Shown: in pieces, positions 23,894 through 33,437 of the stretch
Numbering within the stretch: position 1 is the stretch's first letter
Layout: the number at the start of each line of letters is the position of its first letter
Assembly: GCA_044229975.1 (NCBI GenBank)
Contig: JBGARZ010000009.1
Location: forward strand, 64,001 to 128,000
Direction of reading: 5' to 3'
Source: Polyangiales bacterium
GTDB lineage: Bacteria > Myxococcota_A > Polyangia > Polyangiales > Ga0077539
Length of the DNA: 64,000 nucleotides
The notes under the pieces: generated by a model
What the model was told of the DNA's origin: nothing
Seen by the model: only the letters and a program-made list of their open reading frames with translations
Database searches by the model: none
Program-made: the position numbers and the translations under genes

Positions 23894-24554
23894 GAGTCCT
23901 GCAAAGTCAATCGCTCGGCCGCGTGGGTCCCGCGGCGCGTCTGCCGCTCCCGATGGTGACGTCGCGACGGAGGTGGAGGGCGACGACATCGGCGCCGCCG
24001 AGCTCACGCGCCGCGTGGCCGACAACCTGCGCGTGCTCCGCAAGCAGCGCGACCTCTCGCTCGACGAGCTCGCGTCGCGGTCGGGCGTGTCGCGCGCCAC
24101 GCTCTCGCAGGTGGAGACCTGCAAGACCAACCCGACCATCGCCATCTTGTGGAAGATCGCGGCGGGCCTCGGGGTGCCCTTCGCGTCGCTGCTGGGTGAA
24201 GAGCGGGTGGAGAAGGTTCGGGTGCTGCGGCGCGGTGACGCCCAGGTGCTGCGCTCGGCCGACGGTCGGCTGGAGTCGCGGCCGCTCACGCCGGCGGGCG
24301 CGTCGCCGTCGGTGGAGTGTTACGAGCTGCGCCTCGCGGCCCGCGGCATCTCGCGGAGCGACGCCCACGCCAAGGGCACCAGCGAGAGCCTGACGGTGCT
24401 CACCGGGGTGCTCAAACTCCAGGTGGGCGAAGAGTCGGTGGAGCTGTCGGCGGGCGACTCGGTGTTCTTCGAGGCCGACGTGCCGCACGCGTACGAGAAC
24501 CCAGGGCGGGTCGAGGCGCGCTACCACAACGCGATCATCTACCCGCGGGGGTAG
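23886..24554 (+). CDS. XRE-family HTH plus cupin transcriptional regulator (SutR-like)
   Basis: LSLDELASRSGVSRATLSQVE...NPTIAILWKIA; cupin AGDSVFFEADVPHAYEN. Confidence 0.92.
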   Translation: MSKSPAKSIARPRGSRGASAAPDGDVATEVEGDDIGAAELTRRVADNLRVLRKQRDLSLDELASRSGVSRATLSQVETCKTNPTIAILWKIAAGLGVPFASLLGEERVEKVRVLRRGDAQVLRSADGRLESRPLTPAGASPSVECYELRLAARGISRSDAHAKGTSESLTVLTGVLKLQVGEESVELSAGDSVFFEADVPHAYENPGRVEARYHNAIIYPRG

Positions 24555-24606
24555 GCGGTGGGCCGCTCATGCTGCAGGTTTCAACCTGCGGCCTGAGCGC
24601 TCCTAC
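24551..24606. repeat. GTAG-type REP-like palindrome
   Basis: GTAGG...CGCTCA-TGCTGCAGGTT-TC-AACCTGCGGCC-TGAGCG...CCTAC nested arms. Confidence 0.6.
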
Positions 24607-24650
24607 GGTTGTCCGTCCCCTGTCACCATGATAGACGCCCTTCCACTTCG

Positions 24651-25490
24651 ATGGAACCGCTGATCGCCCTTCGGGGGGTTTCCAAGGCCTGGGGGAGCGA
24701 GCGCGCGGCGGCCCTGTCGGGCGTCGACCTGGAGATCGGGGCGGGGCAGTTCGTGTGCCTGTGCGGGCCGTCGGGCTGCGGCAAGACGACGGTGCTCAAC
24801 CTCATCGCGGGGCTCGAACAACCCACCGCGGGCGAGGTCACGGTGCGCGGCGCGCGGGTCGACGGACCGGGCCCCGAGCGCACGGTGATGTTCCAGGAGA
24901 GCGCGCTGTTTCCGTGGCTGAGCGTGCAGCGCAACGTGGAGTTTCCGCTGGAGATGGCGGGCGTCCCGAAGGCCGAGCGGGCGCCGCGGGTCGAGCGCTA
25001 CCTGCGGATGGTTCACCTGTGGCGCTCGCGGGACAGCCACCCCCACGAGCTGTCGGGCGGCATGCGGCAGCGGGCGGCGATGGCGCGGGCGCTCGTCGGT
25101 GAGCCGTCCATTCTGTTGATGGACGAGCCCTTCGCGGCGCTCGACGCGCAGACCCGCGACGTGCTGCACGCCGAGCTCGAACGCATCTGGCTGGAGACCA
25201 AGAAGACGGTGGTGTTCGTCACGCACAACGTCCGCGAGGCGGCCCGCCTCGGCGACCGCGTGGTGATGATGGGAACGCGCCCCGGCAGGGTGACGCGCGA
25301 CCTCGCGGTGAAGCTCGCCCGACCGCGCGAGGCCAACGACCGGGACGTCACGACGCTCGCCGCGGTGATCGAGCGCGAGCTGAAGATCGAGATCGAGAAG
25401 GTCATCCGTGAAGAACTCGACGACGCGTGGACGCCTTCGGGCGGCCGTCTTTCTGACGCTCCTGGTCGCGACGTGGGCGGTGGCATCTAG
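24651..25490 (+). CDS. ABC transporter ATP-binding subunit, SsuB/TauB-like
   Basis: GPSGCGKTT, LSGGMRQR, LLMDEPFAALD, VFVTH. Confidence 0.93.
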   Translation: MEPLIALRGVSKAWGSERAAALSGVDLEIGAGQFVCLCGPSGCGKTTVLNLIAGLEQPTAGEVTVRGARVDGPGPERTVMFQESALFPWLSVQRNVEFPLEMAGVPKAERAPRVERYLRMVHLWRSRDSHPHELSGGMRQRAAMARALVGEPSILLMDEPFAALDAQTRDVLHAELERIWLETKKTVVFVTHNVREAARLGDRVVMMGTRPGRVTRDLAVKLARPREANDRDVTTLAAVIERELKIEIEKVIREELDDAWTPSGGRLSDAPGRDVGGGI

Positions 25491-26175
25491 GTTCGGCGAC
25501 CGCTTCCTCTTCCCTGGTCCCGACGACGTGGCGCTCGCGCTGCGCGACAACGTGCGCTCGGGACTGCTACCGCGGGCCATCGCCAAGAGCCTCGCGCGTC
25601 TATGCCTCGGGTACTCGGTGTCCCTCGTCGCGGGCGTCGGGCTCGGCATCGCGCTCGCGCGGGTGCGCTGGGTGAAGGACACGCTCGGCCCGGTGGTGCT
25701 GGGGCTGCAGGCGGTTCCGTCGGTGTGCTGGCTGCCGCTGGCGCTGTTGTGGTTCGGCCTCGGCGAGATGGCCATCCAGGTGGTGGTGGTGCTCGGCTCG
25801 CTCCTGTCCATCACGCTCGCGACGGAGAGCGCGGTCAACACCATCCCTCCATTGCTGGTGCGGGCCGCGCGCACCATGGGCGCGACGGGCGGACGGCTGT
25901 GGCTGCGGGTGATCCTCCCCGCGGCGCTGCCGGGCATCGTGAGCGGCGCGCGCCTCGGGTGGACCTTCGCGTGGCGCTCGCTCCTCGCGGGCGAGCTGCT
26001 GTTCATCTCCGGGGGCCTCGGGCAGGTGCTGGAGCTCGGCCGCGAGCTGCACGACATGGCGCTGGTGCTCGGCGTGATGGTGGTGATCGTGGTGCTCGGG
26101 CTCGTGAGCGACCGGCTGCTCTTCGGACAATTGGAAGCGCGGGTTCGTCGCTCGTGGGGGCTCGACCGTGCCTGA
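25408..26175 (+). CDS. ABC transporter permease, SsuC/TauC-like
   Basis: Multiple TM segments, RAARTMGA loop, ILPAALP, FAWRSLLAGE. Start uncertain. Confidence 0.9.
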   Translation: MKNSTTRGRLRAAVFLTLLVATWAVASRFGDRFLFPGPDDVALALRDNVRSGLLPRAIAKSLARLCLGYSVSLVAGVGLGIALARVRWVKDTLGPVVLGLQAVPSVCWLPLALLWFGLGEMAIQVVVVLGSLLSITLATESAVNTIPPLLVRAARTMGATGGRLWLRVILPAALPGIVSGARLGWTFAWRSLLAGELLFISGGLGQVLELGRELHDMALVLGVMVVIVVLGLVSDRLLFGQLEARVRRSWGLDRA

Positions 26176-27148
26176 GTCGCTCTCGCGGCGCGCGCTGCTC
26201 GCCGGCGTCGCGGGTGCGGCGCTCGCGGGGTGTCGCCGCCCATCAGACCCGCGCGTGCTGCGCGTCGGGTGCATGGGAACGCTCGCCCACTCGCCCTCGC
26301 TCGTGGGCATGCACAGCGGACGCTTCGAGCGAAGCCTCGCCGAGCGTGGCGTGCGGGTCGAGCGCGCGGTGTTCGGCGCGGGCCCGGAGGTGATGGCGTC
26401 GCTGCTGGCGGGGGCCGTCGACGTGGCGTGCCTGGGGCCCGTTCCGGCGGTGACGGCGTTTGTACGGACGCGCGGGCGCTCGGTGAGCGTCGTGTCGGGT
26501 GCGGCGTCGGGCGGCGCGGTGTTCGTGGTGCGCCGCGGGGCCAACGTGCGCTGCGCGTCGGACCTCCACGGCAAGGTGGTGGCGAGCCCGCAGCTCGGAA
26601 ACACCAACGACCTGTCGCTGCGAAAGTGGCTGCGCTCGCAGGGCATGGACGCCACGGAGTACGGCGGCACCGTCAGCGTCATCCCGATGAAGGGCAGCTC
26701 GATGCTGACGCAGATGCGCCGCGGCGAGCTCGACGGGGCGTGGGTGGCGGAGCCGTGGGGCGCGCGCCTGGTGGCCGACGCGGGAGCCCAGGTGCTCATC
26801 GACGAGCGCGACCTGTGGCCGGGCGGGCGCTTCTCGACGGCGGTGCTGGTGATGCACCGGGCGTACTACCAGCTCGCGCGGGACAACGTCCGGGCGTGGG
26901 TCGCGGCGCACGGCGCGGAGGTGGCGCGCCTGCAGGCGGACCCGGCGCGCGGGATGCGCGAGGCCAACGCGGCGCTGCGGGCGATCACGGGGCGGGGCGT
27001 GCCGCCGCGGGTGCTGGCCGAGGCGTGGGGGCGGATGGAGTTCACGACCGACCCGTTGGAGGGCACCATCGCCGCGATGGGACGAACGGGAATGGCCTTG
27101 GGGATGGTTCCGCGGGGAGAGCTCACGGGGCTGGTCGGGGTGGCGTAG
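26168..27148 (+). CDS. ABC transporter substrate-binding lipoprotein, SsuA-like
   Basis: SRRALL twin-arginine signal, LAGC, GPVPAV, ASPQLGNTND, AWVAEPWG. Confidence 0.88.
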   Translation: MPESLSRRALLAGVAGAALAGCRRPSDPRVLRVGCMGTLAHSPSLVGMHSGRFERSLAERGVRVERAVFGAGPEVMASLLAGAVDVACLGPVPAVTAFVRTRGRSVSVVSGAASGGAVFVVRRGANVRCASDLHGKVVASPQLGNTNDLSLRKWLRSQGMDATEYGGTVSVIPMKGSSMLTQMRRGELDGAWVAEPWGARLVADAGAQVLIDERDLWPGGRFSTAVLVMHRAYYQLARDNVRAWVAAHGAEVARLQADPARGMREANAALRAITGRGVPPRVLAEAWGRMEFTTDPLEGTIAAMGRTGMALGMVPRGELTGLVGVA

Positions 27149-27152
27149 GAAG

Positions 27153-28136
27153 ATGCGCCCCGCGCTCGCCCTGCTCGTGCTCATGGGCTGTGCGACGCGG
27201 GTGCCCCCGACACGCCCTCGCCCTCCCCCGCCGACGCCCGACTGGGCCCGCGTGGTGCCCGCCGAGACGCTGCGCGACCTGCGACGCTCGGAGTGGATCC
27301 CCGTGGTGCAGGGCCCCTTCCAGCGGGTCTATCGCCCGGCCGGGACCCGCTACCTCAATGACCACACCCTGGTGCGCGGCGACGACGGGCGCTGGCACCT
27401 CTACGGCATCACCCACGAGTCCGAGGGCGATGCCGCGCTCGAACGCAGCTTCCTCCACGCCTCGTCGGGCTCGCTCTTCGGGCCGTGGCGCGACGAGGTC
27501 GATGCGCTGCGCTCGGAGGCGCCCGAAGAGGCACTGTGGGCTCCCTTCGTGCTGCCGTTGTCCATTGGACACTGGGCGATGTTCTATTATGGCAACACGC
27601 CCGACCATCGGGTGCTGCGGGCCGACAGCGACGACCTCCACGCGTGGCGGCGAACCACGGCGAGCGCGCCCGGCGGCCGCGACCCCTTCGTGCTGCGCGT
27701 GGGGAGCGCGTGGCACCTCTACTCGGTGGGCGCCGACGAGCAGCGACAGGTGGGGCAGATCATCGTGTCGACGAGCGACGACCTGCGCACCTGGACGACC
27801 CCGGTGGTGGCCCTCGAAGACCCGGTGGCGACCTTCGGATGGGGCAACCTGGAGAGCCCCGTGGTGGTCGCGCGGGGCGGTGAGTTCTACCTGTTTGTCA
27901 CGCGCACTAGCGAGTCGAGGCACGACTATGCGCGGACGATGGTGTTCTGCTCGCGTGATCCGCGGCGCTTCGCGTGGTCACCCGTGACCGAGCTGCTCGC
28001 GCACGCGGCGGAGGTGATCGAAGACCGCGGCGAGTGGTTCGTGACGTCCGCGGGGTGGACGTATCAGGTGGGCGAGCGCTGGCGGGGATTGTCCGTCGCG
28101 CCGCTCGGGTGGGTGCCGCGGGCGGCGGTGCGTTAG
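27153..28136 (+). CDS. Five-bladed beta-propeller glycoside hydrolase-like lipoprotein (GH32/GH43-like)
   Basis: LMGC lipobox; YLNDH, LWAP, GRDPFV and ESPVVV motifs. Confidence 0.75.
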   Translation: MRPALALLVLMGCATRVPPTRPRPPPPTPDWARVVPAETLRDLRRSEWIPVVQGPFQRVYRPAGTRYLNDHTLVRGDDGRWHLYGITHESEGDAALERSFLHASSGSLFGPWRDEVDALRSEAPEEALWAPFVLPLSIGHWAMFYYGNTPDHRVLRADSDDLHAWRRTTASAPGGRDPFVLRVGSAWHLYSVGADEQRQVGQIIVSTSDDLRTWTTPVVALEDPVATFGWGNLESPVVVARGGEFYLFVTRTSESRHDYARTMVFCSRDPRRFAWSPVTELLAHAAEVIEDRGEWFVTSAGWTYQVGERWRGLSVAPLGWVPRAAVR

Positions 28137-28948
28137 GACACCGGGGCGACGACGGTGCGCATGGCGACCGGGCGAGCGGGGCCGGGGAAGCCCGCGAGCG
28201 TCGTGGCGATGAGCTTGTTGGTGTCGAAATAGACCTGCCAGTAGTGGTCGTTGTGGCAATAGGGGCGCACGCAGAGCACGGGGCCAAACTCATTGAACTC
28301 GATGATCTCCACGTCGGGCCCGGAGGTGAGCTGGACGTTGGGGATCTTCTTGATGCCTTCCTTCAGGAGGGTGATGGCCTTCTCGAAGTCGGCGCCGCTC
28401 GCGAGCTGGGCCTTGAGGTCGACGCGGCGGTTCTGGTTGGTGTTGAAGTTGAGGATGTCCCCGCCGAAGACCTTGTTGTTGCCGACGAAGGTGCGGACGT
28501 TGTCGGGGGTGTCGATGGCCGTCACGAAGAGGCCGATCTCTCGCACGGTGCCCGTGAGGCCCGCGATGGTGACGAAGTCGCCCACCTTGAAGGGCCGCAA
28601 GATCACCATGAACGCCCCGGCGGCGAAGTTGGCGAGCATGCCGGCCCAGGCGGTTCCGATGGCGAGGCCGGCGCCGGCGAGGAGGGCTGCGAAGGAGGTG
28701 GTCTCGACGCCGAAGCGGCCGAGGATGGCCATCGCGAGGAAGATGTTGAGGGCCACCACCAGGGTGTTGATGACGTAGGTGGTGATGGTGTGGTCGATGT
28801 GCCGGGCGTTGAGGGCGCGCCGCAGCAGCGAGCTCACCGCGGTGATGAGCCACCGGCCGATGACCCAGATGGCGATGGCGCTCAGCGCCTTCAATCCGAG
28901 CGATAGGAAGGCGATCTTTATGGTGTTGAGGAGGTTGGTGACGTCCAC
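28133..28948 (-). CDS. mscS: Small-conductance mechanosensitive channel
   Basis: TSFAALLAGAGLAIG, NFAAG, RPFKVGD, GTVREIGLF, RRVDL. Confidence 0.92.
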   Translation of the reverse strand: MDVTNLLNTIKIAFLSLGLKALSAIAIWVIGRWLITAVSSLLRRALNARHIDHTITTYVINTLVVALNIFLAMAILGRFGVETTSFAALLAGAGLAIGTAWAGMLANFAAGAFMVILRPFKVGDFVTIAGLTGTVREIGLFVTAIDTPDNVRTFVGNNKVFGGDILNFNTNQNRRVDLKAQLASGADFEKAITLLKEGIKKIPNVQLTSGPDVEIIEFNEFGPVLCVRPYCHNDHYWQVYFDTNKLIATTLAGFPGPARPVAMRTVVAPVS

Positions 28949-29027
28949 GGCGCGTTCCCTTTCAAAAGGTGTGTGACCCCGAAACGTCGCGACGCTACGC
29001 CTCCGTGCGGCTGAGGTGATAGCGGAT

Positions 29028-29891
29028 TCAGGCTCGCGCGATGTCGCCCGCCTCGCGACGGTTCTTCCAGGCTTGCGCGGCGTCGATGCCGAGCGCCTCG
29101 AAGCGCGGGACGATCACCTCGGTCACCGTCTTGTAGAAGAGCGAGCGGGCGTCTTCGCCTTCGCACATCCCGACGGCCTCGCGCTGCGCCCGCAGCTCCG
29201 ACGGGATGGCGGGCGGCGTGAGCGGGAGCAGGTCGACCTCGCGGCGTTCGAGGTAGGCGAAGGCCACGCGGAGGTAGCGCTCCATGCGCGCGACGGCGCC
29301 CGCTTCGAGGCGCGGGAGGTTGTGCGTGAGGTAGAGCCAGCCGAGGCGGGCGTGGGCGACCTCGTCGGGGAGAATGCGGTCGAGCGTGGCGCGCACGAAG
29401 GGCTCGTCGGCGAGCTCGCGCTCCTCGGCGATGAGGGCGACGGCGACGGTCTCCGAGAGGCAGCCGACGAAGGTGACGTTGCGCACGGCGCGCTCCAGCG
29501 CAGAGAGACCCTCGTGTTCGGGCATGCGCACGAGCGTGGGTTCGGCAGTCGCAGAGGCGTCGCCGCCGAAGGCGCGCACCACGTCGCCGCAGAGGGTCGC
29601 GTGGTAGATCTCGTCCGTCGCGGCGCGGAGGGCCACGGTCTGCACGTCGATGGTGGAGCTCGCCTCGATGAGCTGCGGAACCAACGACGCAAACACCGCC
29701 GCCGACCGGTGCTCGTTGACCATGCGGTCGCGCCAGGTGTGCACCGCGGCCTCGCGCACGGTGTCGTCGTAGCGCTCGCGGAGCACGTCACCCGCTGGGA
29801 GCTCGACGGGGCCCTTCTCCAGACCGCGGACGATGCGCGCGTGGTCGGCGCGGAAGGGCGAGGCGGAGACGTCCATGGTGAGCGTTCGCAT
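29028..29891 (-). CDS. Ferritin-like di-iron domain protein
   Basis: NEHRSA, DEIYH, SETVA and DEVAH give an E..DExxH..E..DExxH ligand set; no signal peptide. Confidence 0.85.
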   Translation of the reverse strand: MRTLTMDVSASPFRADHARIVRGLEKGPVELPAGDVLRERYDDTVREAAVHTWRDRMVNEHRSAAVFASLVPQLIEASSTIDVQTVALRAATDEIYHATLCGDVVRAFGGDASATAEPTLVRMPEHEGLSALERAVRNVTFVGCLSETVAVALIAEERELADEPFVRATLDRILPDEVAHARLGWLYLTHNLPRLEAGAVARMERYLRVAFAYLERREVDLLPLTPPAIPSELRAQREAVGMCEGEDARSLFYKTVTEVIVPRFEALGIDAAQAWKNRREAGDIARA

Positions 29892-29894
29892 GGC

Positions 29895-30314
29895 TCAGGC
29901 GGCCTCGCCGTGCATCGACGGCGGCATGAACGGCCCCCACGCCTGACACCCACGCCGCCAGTCCCAGTTGATGCGCTCGCAGCACTCCGACCACGACAGC
30001 GCGGCGTCGCCCTCGTTGCTGCACACCTCGCCGAGGTCCCCGGCCACCTCGCTCGCGTCGACCATATCGACCGCGTCGACGGGGGCGCCGGCGTCGACGG
30101 CGAGGGCGACGTCCACGGCGGCGGGCGTATCGGCGGTGGCGACGGGGGTGTCGACGGCGGGTGCGACGTCGGCGGCGACGACACTGCCGTCGACGGTGGA
30201 GGCGCAGCCGGCGAGGACGGCGGTCATGGTGAGGGTGACGGCGCGGGCGGCGCGGAGGGCGCGCTCCTGGGCGCGACGGACTCGCTCAACGGACTCGGGG
30301 GCGGTGCTGCGCAT
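29895..30314 (-). CDS. Small lipoprotein with low-complexity linker and Cys/Trp-rich C-terminal tail
   Basis: ATG 30314; VLAGC lipobox; D/A/V-rich linker; tail CCERINWDWRRGCQAWGPFMPPSM; ends 3 nt before the ferritin-like start. Confidence 0.7.
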   Translation of the reverse strand: MRSTAPESVERVRRAQERALRAARAVTLTMTAVLAGCASTVDGSVVAADVAPAVDTPVATADTPAAVDVALAVDAGAPVDAVDMVDASEVAGDLGEVCSNEGDAALSWSECCERINWDWRRGCQAWGPFMPPSMHGEAA

Positions 30315-30457
30315 GGCGGTGGGTCTCCGGCGGACGAGAGGGAAGATCGGTCGGCTCGAAGACCATGATGAGCGTGTGGCGGAGCGTTGAGAATCGGTAT
30401 GTCGTGTATGCGATTGTATCGAATCGGTTGATGGTGAGGCGACTGCGACAGGAGACG

Positions 30458-30631
30458 GGCCGCAAGGGCGCAAGGGTCGCAAGGTCTGAAATGAAAGAGG
30501 GAATGGGCTTGGACACGCTTCGCCGAAGCCCAACCAATCATCATTCACTTCTGACCCCTGCGCCCCTTGCGCCCTTGCGGCCGTCGTCTCTCCGCGGCCG
30601 TCGTCTCTCCGCGGCCGTCGTCTCTCCGCGG
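30458..30631. repeat. Second CGCAAGG-family palindrome followed by 3 x 17-bp tandem repeat
   Basis: Imperfect arms 30458-30490 and 30549-30582; CCGTCGTCTCTCCGCGG x3 at 30581-30631. Confidence 0.8.
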
Positions 30632-30641
30632 CTGGCGGGTG

Positions 30642-31430
30642 TCAGCGGATGGCGCGGCGGATGACGGCGGGGTCCCAGCGGTCGGCGGCGATGTCGTCGA
30701 GGGCCTCGCGCAGCGGGAGGTCGGCGCTCGCGGCGGCGGCGACGCGCACGCGGGTGCGGCCGTCGTCACCGCCCGCGGCGAGGGCGATGGCGGCGGCGAC
30801 GCGCAGCTCGGGGGTGGCGTCGCGGGCGGTGACGGCGCGTTCGAGGTCGGTGAGGTCGACGGCGGCGTCGCGGTAGGCGGACGACCCGACGGCCAGCGCG
30901 CGGAGGGCGTCGCGCCACTCGGTGACGTCGCGGTTGCGGCGCTGGAGGGCGGCCAGCGCGGTGCTCGGCGCGTCGGGCGGATGGGCGATCTCGGCGCGCA
31001 GGTCGGCGACGAGGCGGCGGTCGCGCGCGGGCTCGGGGCTGCTCACGCGGAGGGTGACCTGCTCGCCGGAGTGGAGCGTGAGGGCGATGTCGAAGCGCAC
31101 CTGCTTCACCGCGCGAACGAATCGCCACGGGATGAAGCGCGGCCGACGACCCGAGAGGATGGTGAGCCCGTCGTGGCCGAGCAGCAGCTCCACGGGAGCA
31201 AACGCGCGCATCGACTGGAGCAGGATGAGCGCCGACGCGAGCATGATGACGAGCACGACGACCCACGGGGTCTCGCGGAAGAGCAGCAGCGTGAGCGCGA
31301 CGATGGGGGTGAGCTGGAGGCCGAAGAAGGCCAGCGCGAGGAGGCCGCGGAGGGGTCCGTGCCAGGGGGTTCCGAGGAGCACGCGGCGGAGGGTCAAGGC
31401 GTCGGAGCTGGGCGGGTCGGAGGGCGGCAC
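30642..31430 (-). CDS. Hypothetical membrane protein (two TM helices plus cytoplasmic domain)
   Basis: GTG 31430 just after the upstream stop; hydrophobic pair followed by SAYR...LRVAAAIAL segment. Confidence 0.6.
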   Translation of the reverse strand: MPPSDPPSSDALTLRRVLLGTPWHGPLRGLLALAFFGLQLTPIVALTLLLFRETPWVVVLVIMLASALILLQSMRAFAPVELLLGHDGLTILSGRRPRFIPWRFVRAVKQVRFDIALTLHSGEQVTLRVSSPEPARDRRLVADLRAEIAHPPDAPSTALAALQRRNRDVTEWRDALRALAVGSSAYRDAAVDLTDLERAVTARDATPELRVAAAIALAAGGDDGRTRVRVAAAASADLPLREALDDIAADRWDPAVIRRAIR

Positions 31431-31435
31431 CGGGT

Positions 31436-32428
31436 CTATCGGGTCGCGGGGCGGAGGGCGGTGGGGACGCCGTAGCGGTGGTCGAGCGCATCGAGCGCGC
31501 GGGCCCAGCGGGAGCCGGAGAGCCCGCGGGCGCGGTCGATGCGGAGCTGCGCCTGGTGCCACGCGACGACGTGACGGAAGGGCGGGCGGGCGACGTGGCG
31601 CGCGAGCAGCGAGGCGTGGTGGAGGGCGTCGAAGGCGCGCTGGTCGGCGCGTGTCCAGGGGAGCTCGAAGGCGTCGCGCCAGCGCGGTGGGAGCAAGCCC
31701 GCGGTGACCACGCGCTCGAAGGGCGTGTGGGAGAGCGGCGTGTCGAGGAGGGCGCGAGCGACGGTGCGCGCGTGGCGGCCGACGTAGAGATCGGGGTCGT
31801 CGAGGGCAGCATCGAACCACGCGTCGAAGGCGGCGCGGTCGACGGGCCAGCGATCGGGACGAACGCCCGACAGCGCGGAGCTGAGGACGAAGTCGTCGTA
31901 GTCGCGCTTGGACTCGGCGGAGGTGAGCGGTCGGACGAAGATCTCGAAGGCGGCGGTGGAGCCGACGCGCACGGTGGCGGCGACCCAACGCAGGAGGTGC
32001 TGGTCGTTGGCGCGGTAGGGGCGACCGTGGAGGGGGCTCTCGGGGGCGTCGATGGTTCCGCGCACGCGGCAGTGGATGTGGTGCAGGCGGCGGGCGGCGG
32101 CGAGGGCCTGGGAGGTGGTTCCGAAGATGAACTCGTAGAGGGTGGCGGAGGTACGGCGCGCGCGGCCGGCGAGGTCTTCGATGAAGTTGCTGTGCTCAGC
32201 GACACCCGTCGCGATGGCGGGATGCGCCATCTGGAGGAGCACCGCCGCGAAGCCACCCGCGAGGAGCGCGGGCTCGCGGACCTTCACCCACGCGAGGCTG
32301 CCGGGCCCGAAGACCCCTTCGACCTCGCTGGCACCGTGGGCGCGCACGTAGTCCATGCAGTACGCGAAGTCCTCGGCGTCGAGCGCGTCTTCGGCGGAGC
32401 GTGGGTCCACGGCAGCGCGAGCGTACAT
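31436..32428 (-). CDS. Oxygenase MpaB / DUF2236 family protein
   Basis: FGPGSLAW, AVLLQMAHP, GVAEHS, IHCRVRG, YRANDQHLLRWVAAT, TAGLLPPRWR. Confidence 0.85.
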   Translation of the reverse strand: MYARAAVDPRSAEDALDAEDFAYCMDYVRAHGASEVEGVFGPGSLAWVKVREPALLAGGFAAVLLQMAHPAIATGVAEHSNFIEDLAGRARRTSATLYEFIFGTTSQALAAARRLHHIHCRVRGTIDAPESPLHGRPYRANDQHLLRWVAATVRVGSTAAFEIFVRPLTSAESKRDYDDFVLSSALSGVRPDRWPVDRAAFDAWFDAALDDPDLYVGRHARTVARALLDTPLSHTPFERVVTAGLLPPRWRDAFELPWTRADQRAFDALHHASLLARHVARPPFRHVVAWHQAQLRIDRARGLSGSRWARALDALDHRYGVPTALRPATR

Positions 32429-32530
32429 CGCCCGGCGCGGGAGCGTCCTCCCGGACGATGACCGCAGCGCGCAGGCCACCGTCCCGCTCGCGCCCGGCGC
32501 CGCGACGCGGTAGAGCCCTCTGCGCAACCG

Positions 32531-33415
32531 ATGACCGACACCGACCCCGCCGAGCGCCTCGCCCGATGGAGCCTCGCCACGGGCGTCGCGGTGCTGCTCC
32601 TCAAGGGCTTCGCGTGGCGCCTCACCGGCTCGGTGGCGCTGCTCTCCGACGCGCTGGAGTCCATCGTCAACGTGGTGGCCTCGCTCGCGATGTTCGTCGC
32701 GCTGCGCGTGGCCCGCCTCCCGGCCGATCGCAACCACCCCTACGGCCACGGCAAGGCGGAGTACCTCTCGGCCGTGCTCGAAGGCGTGCTCATCGCCGTC
32801 GCCGCCGTGATGAGCCTCCTCGTCGCGTCGGGACGGCTGCTGCACCCGCGAGCGCTCGTGGACGTCGGCGCGGGCCTCGGCGTGTCCGTCGCCGCCAGCG
32901 CGCTCAATGGTCTGCTCGCGTGGCGGCTCATCGTCGCCGGCAAGAAGCACCGCTCGCCTGCCCTCGCGGCCGACGGGCAGCACATCCTCTCCGACGTGGT
33001 CACCACGGCGGGCGTGCTCGTGGGCGTCGGGCTCGCGCGGCTCACCGGCTGGTGGCGGCTCGACCCGATCCTCGCGTGCGTGGTCGCGGTGAACATTCTC
33101 TGGATGGGGTGGAAGCTCGTTCGCCGCTCGGTGGGTGCGCTGATGGACGAGGTGCTCGACGAGGACGAGGTCGCCCACGTGCGCGCCGTCGCCGAGCGCG
33201 TCGCCCGCGAGGGCGGGGCCGTCGGCGTGAAGGGCTTCCGACTCCGGCGCACGGGGGCGTCGGGCCAGTGCGACATGACCCTGGTGGTGCCCGGCGAGAT
33301 GACCGTGCGGGCAGCCCACACGATCTGCGACCGCATCGAGGACGCGCTGCACACCGATGAGCCTGCGCTCGGGGTGGTGGTGCACGTCGAGCCTGAGCCC
33401 GGCAGCGGGGCATAG
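32531..33415 (+). CDS. Cation diffusion facilitator (FieF-like) transporter
   Basis: SVALLSDALES, PADRNHPYGHGKAE, ADGQHILSD, AHTICDRIE, VHVEP. Confidence 0.93.
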   Translation: MTDTDPAERLARWSLATGVAVLLLKGFAWRLTGSVALLSDALESIVNVVASLAMFVALRVARLPADRNHPYGHGKAEYLSAVLEGVLIAVAAVMSLLVASGRLLHPRALVDVGAGLGVSVAASALNGLLAWRLIVAGKKHRSPALAADGQHILSDVVTTAGVLVGVGLARLTGWWRLDPILACVVAVNILWMGWKLVRRSVGALMDEVLDEDEVAHVRAVAERVAREGGAVGVKGFRLRRTGASGQCDMTLVVPGEMTVRAAHTICDRIEDALHTDEPALGVVVHVEPEPGSGA

Positions 33416-33437
33416 TCGCTCGCGGCGGCACGCCTCT

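Noticed and set aside
30581..30631. 3 x 17-bp repeat as a mini-CRISPR
   Set aside because: Head-to-tail copies with no spacers.
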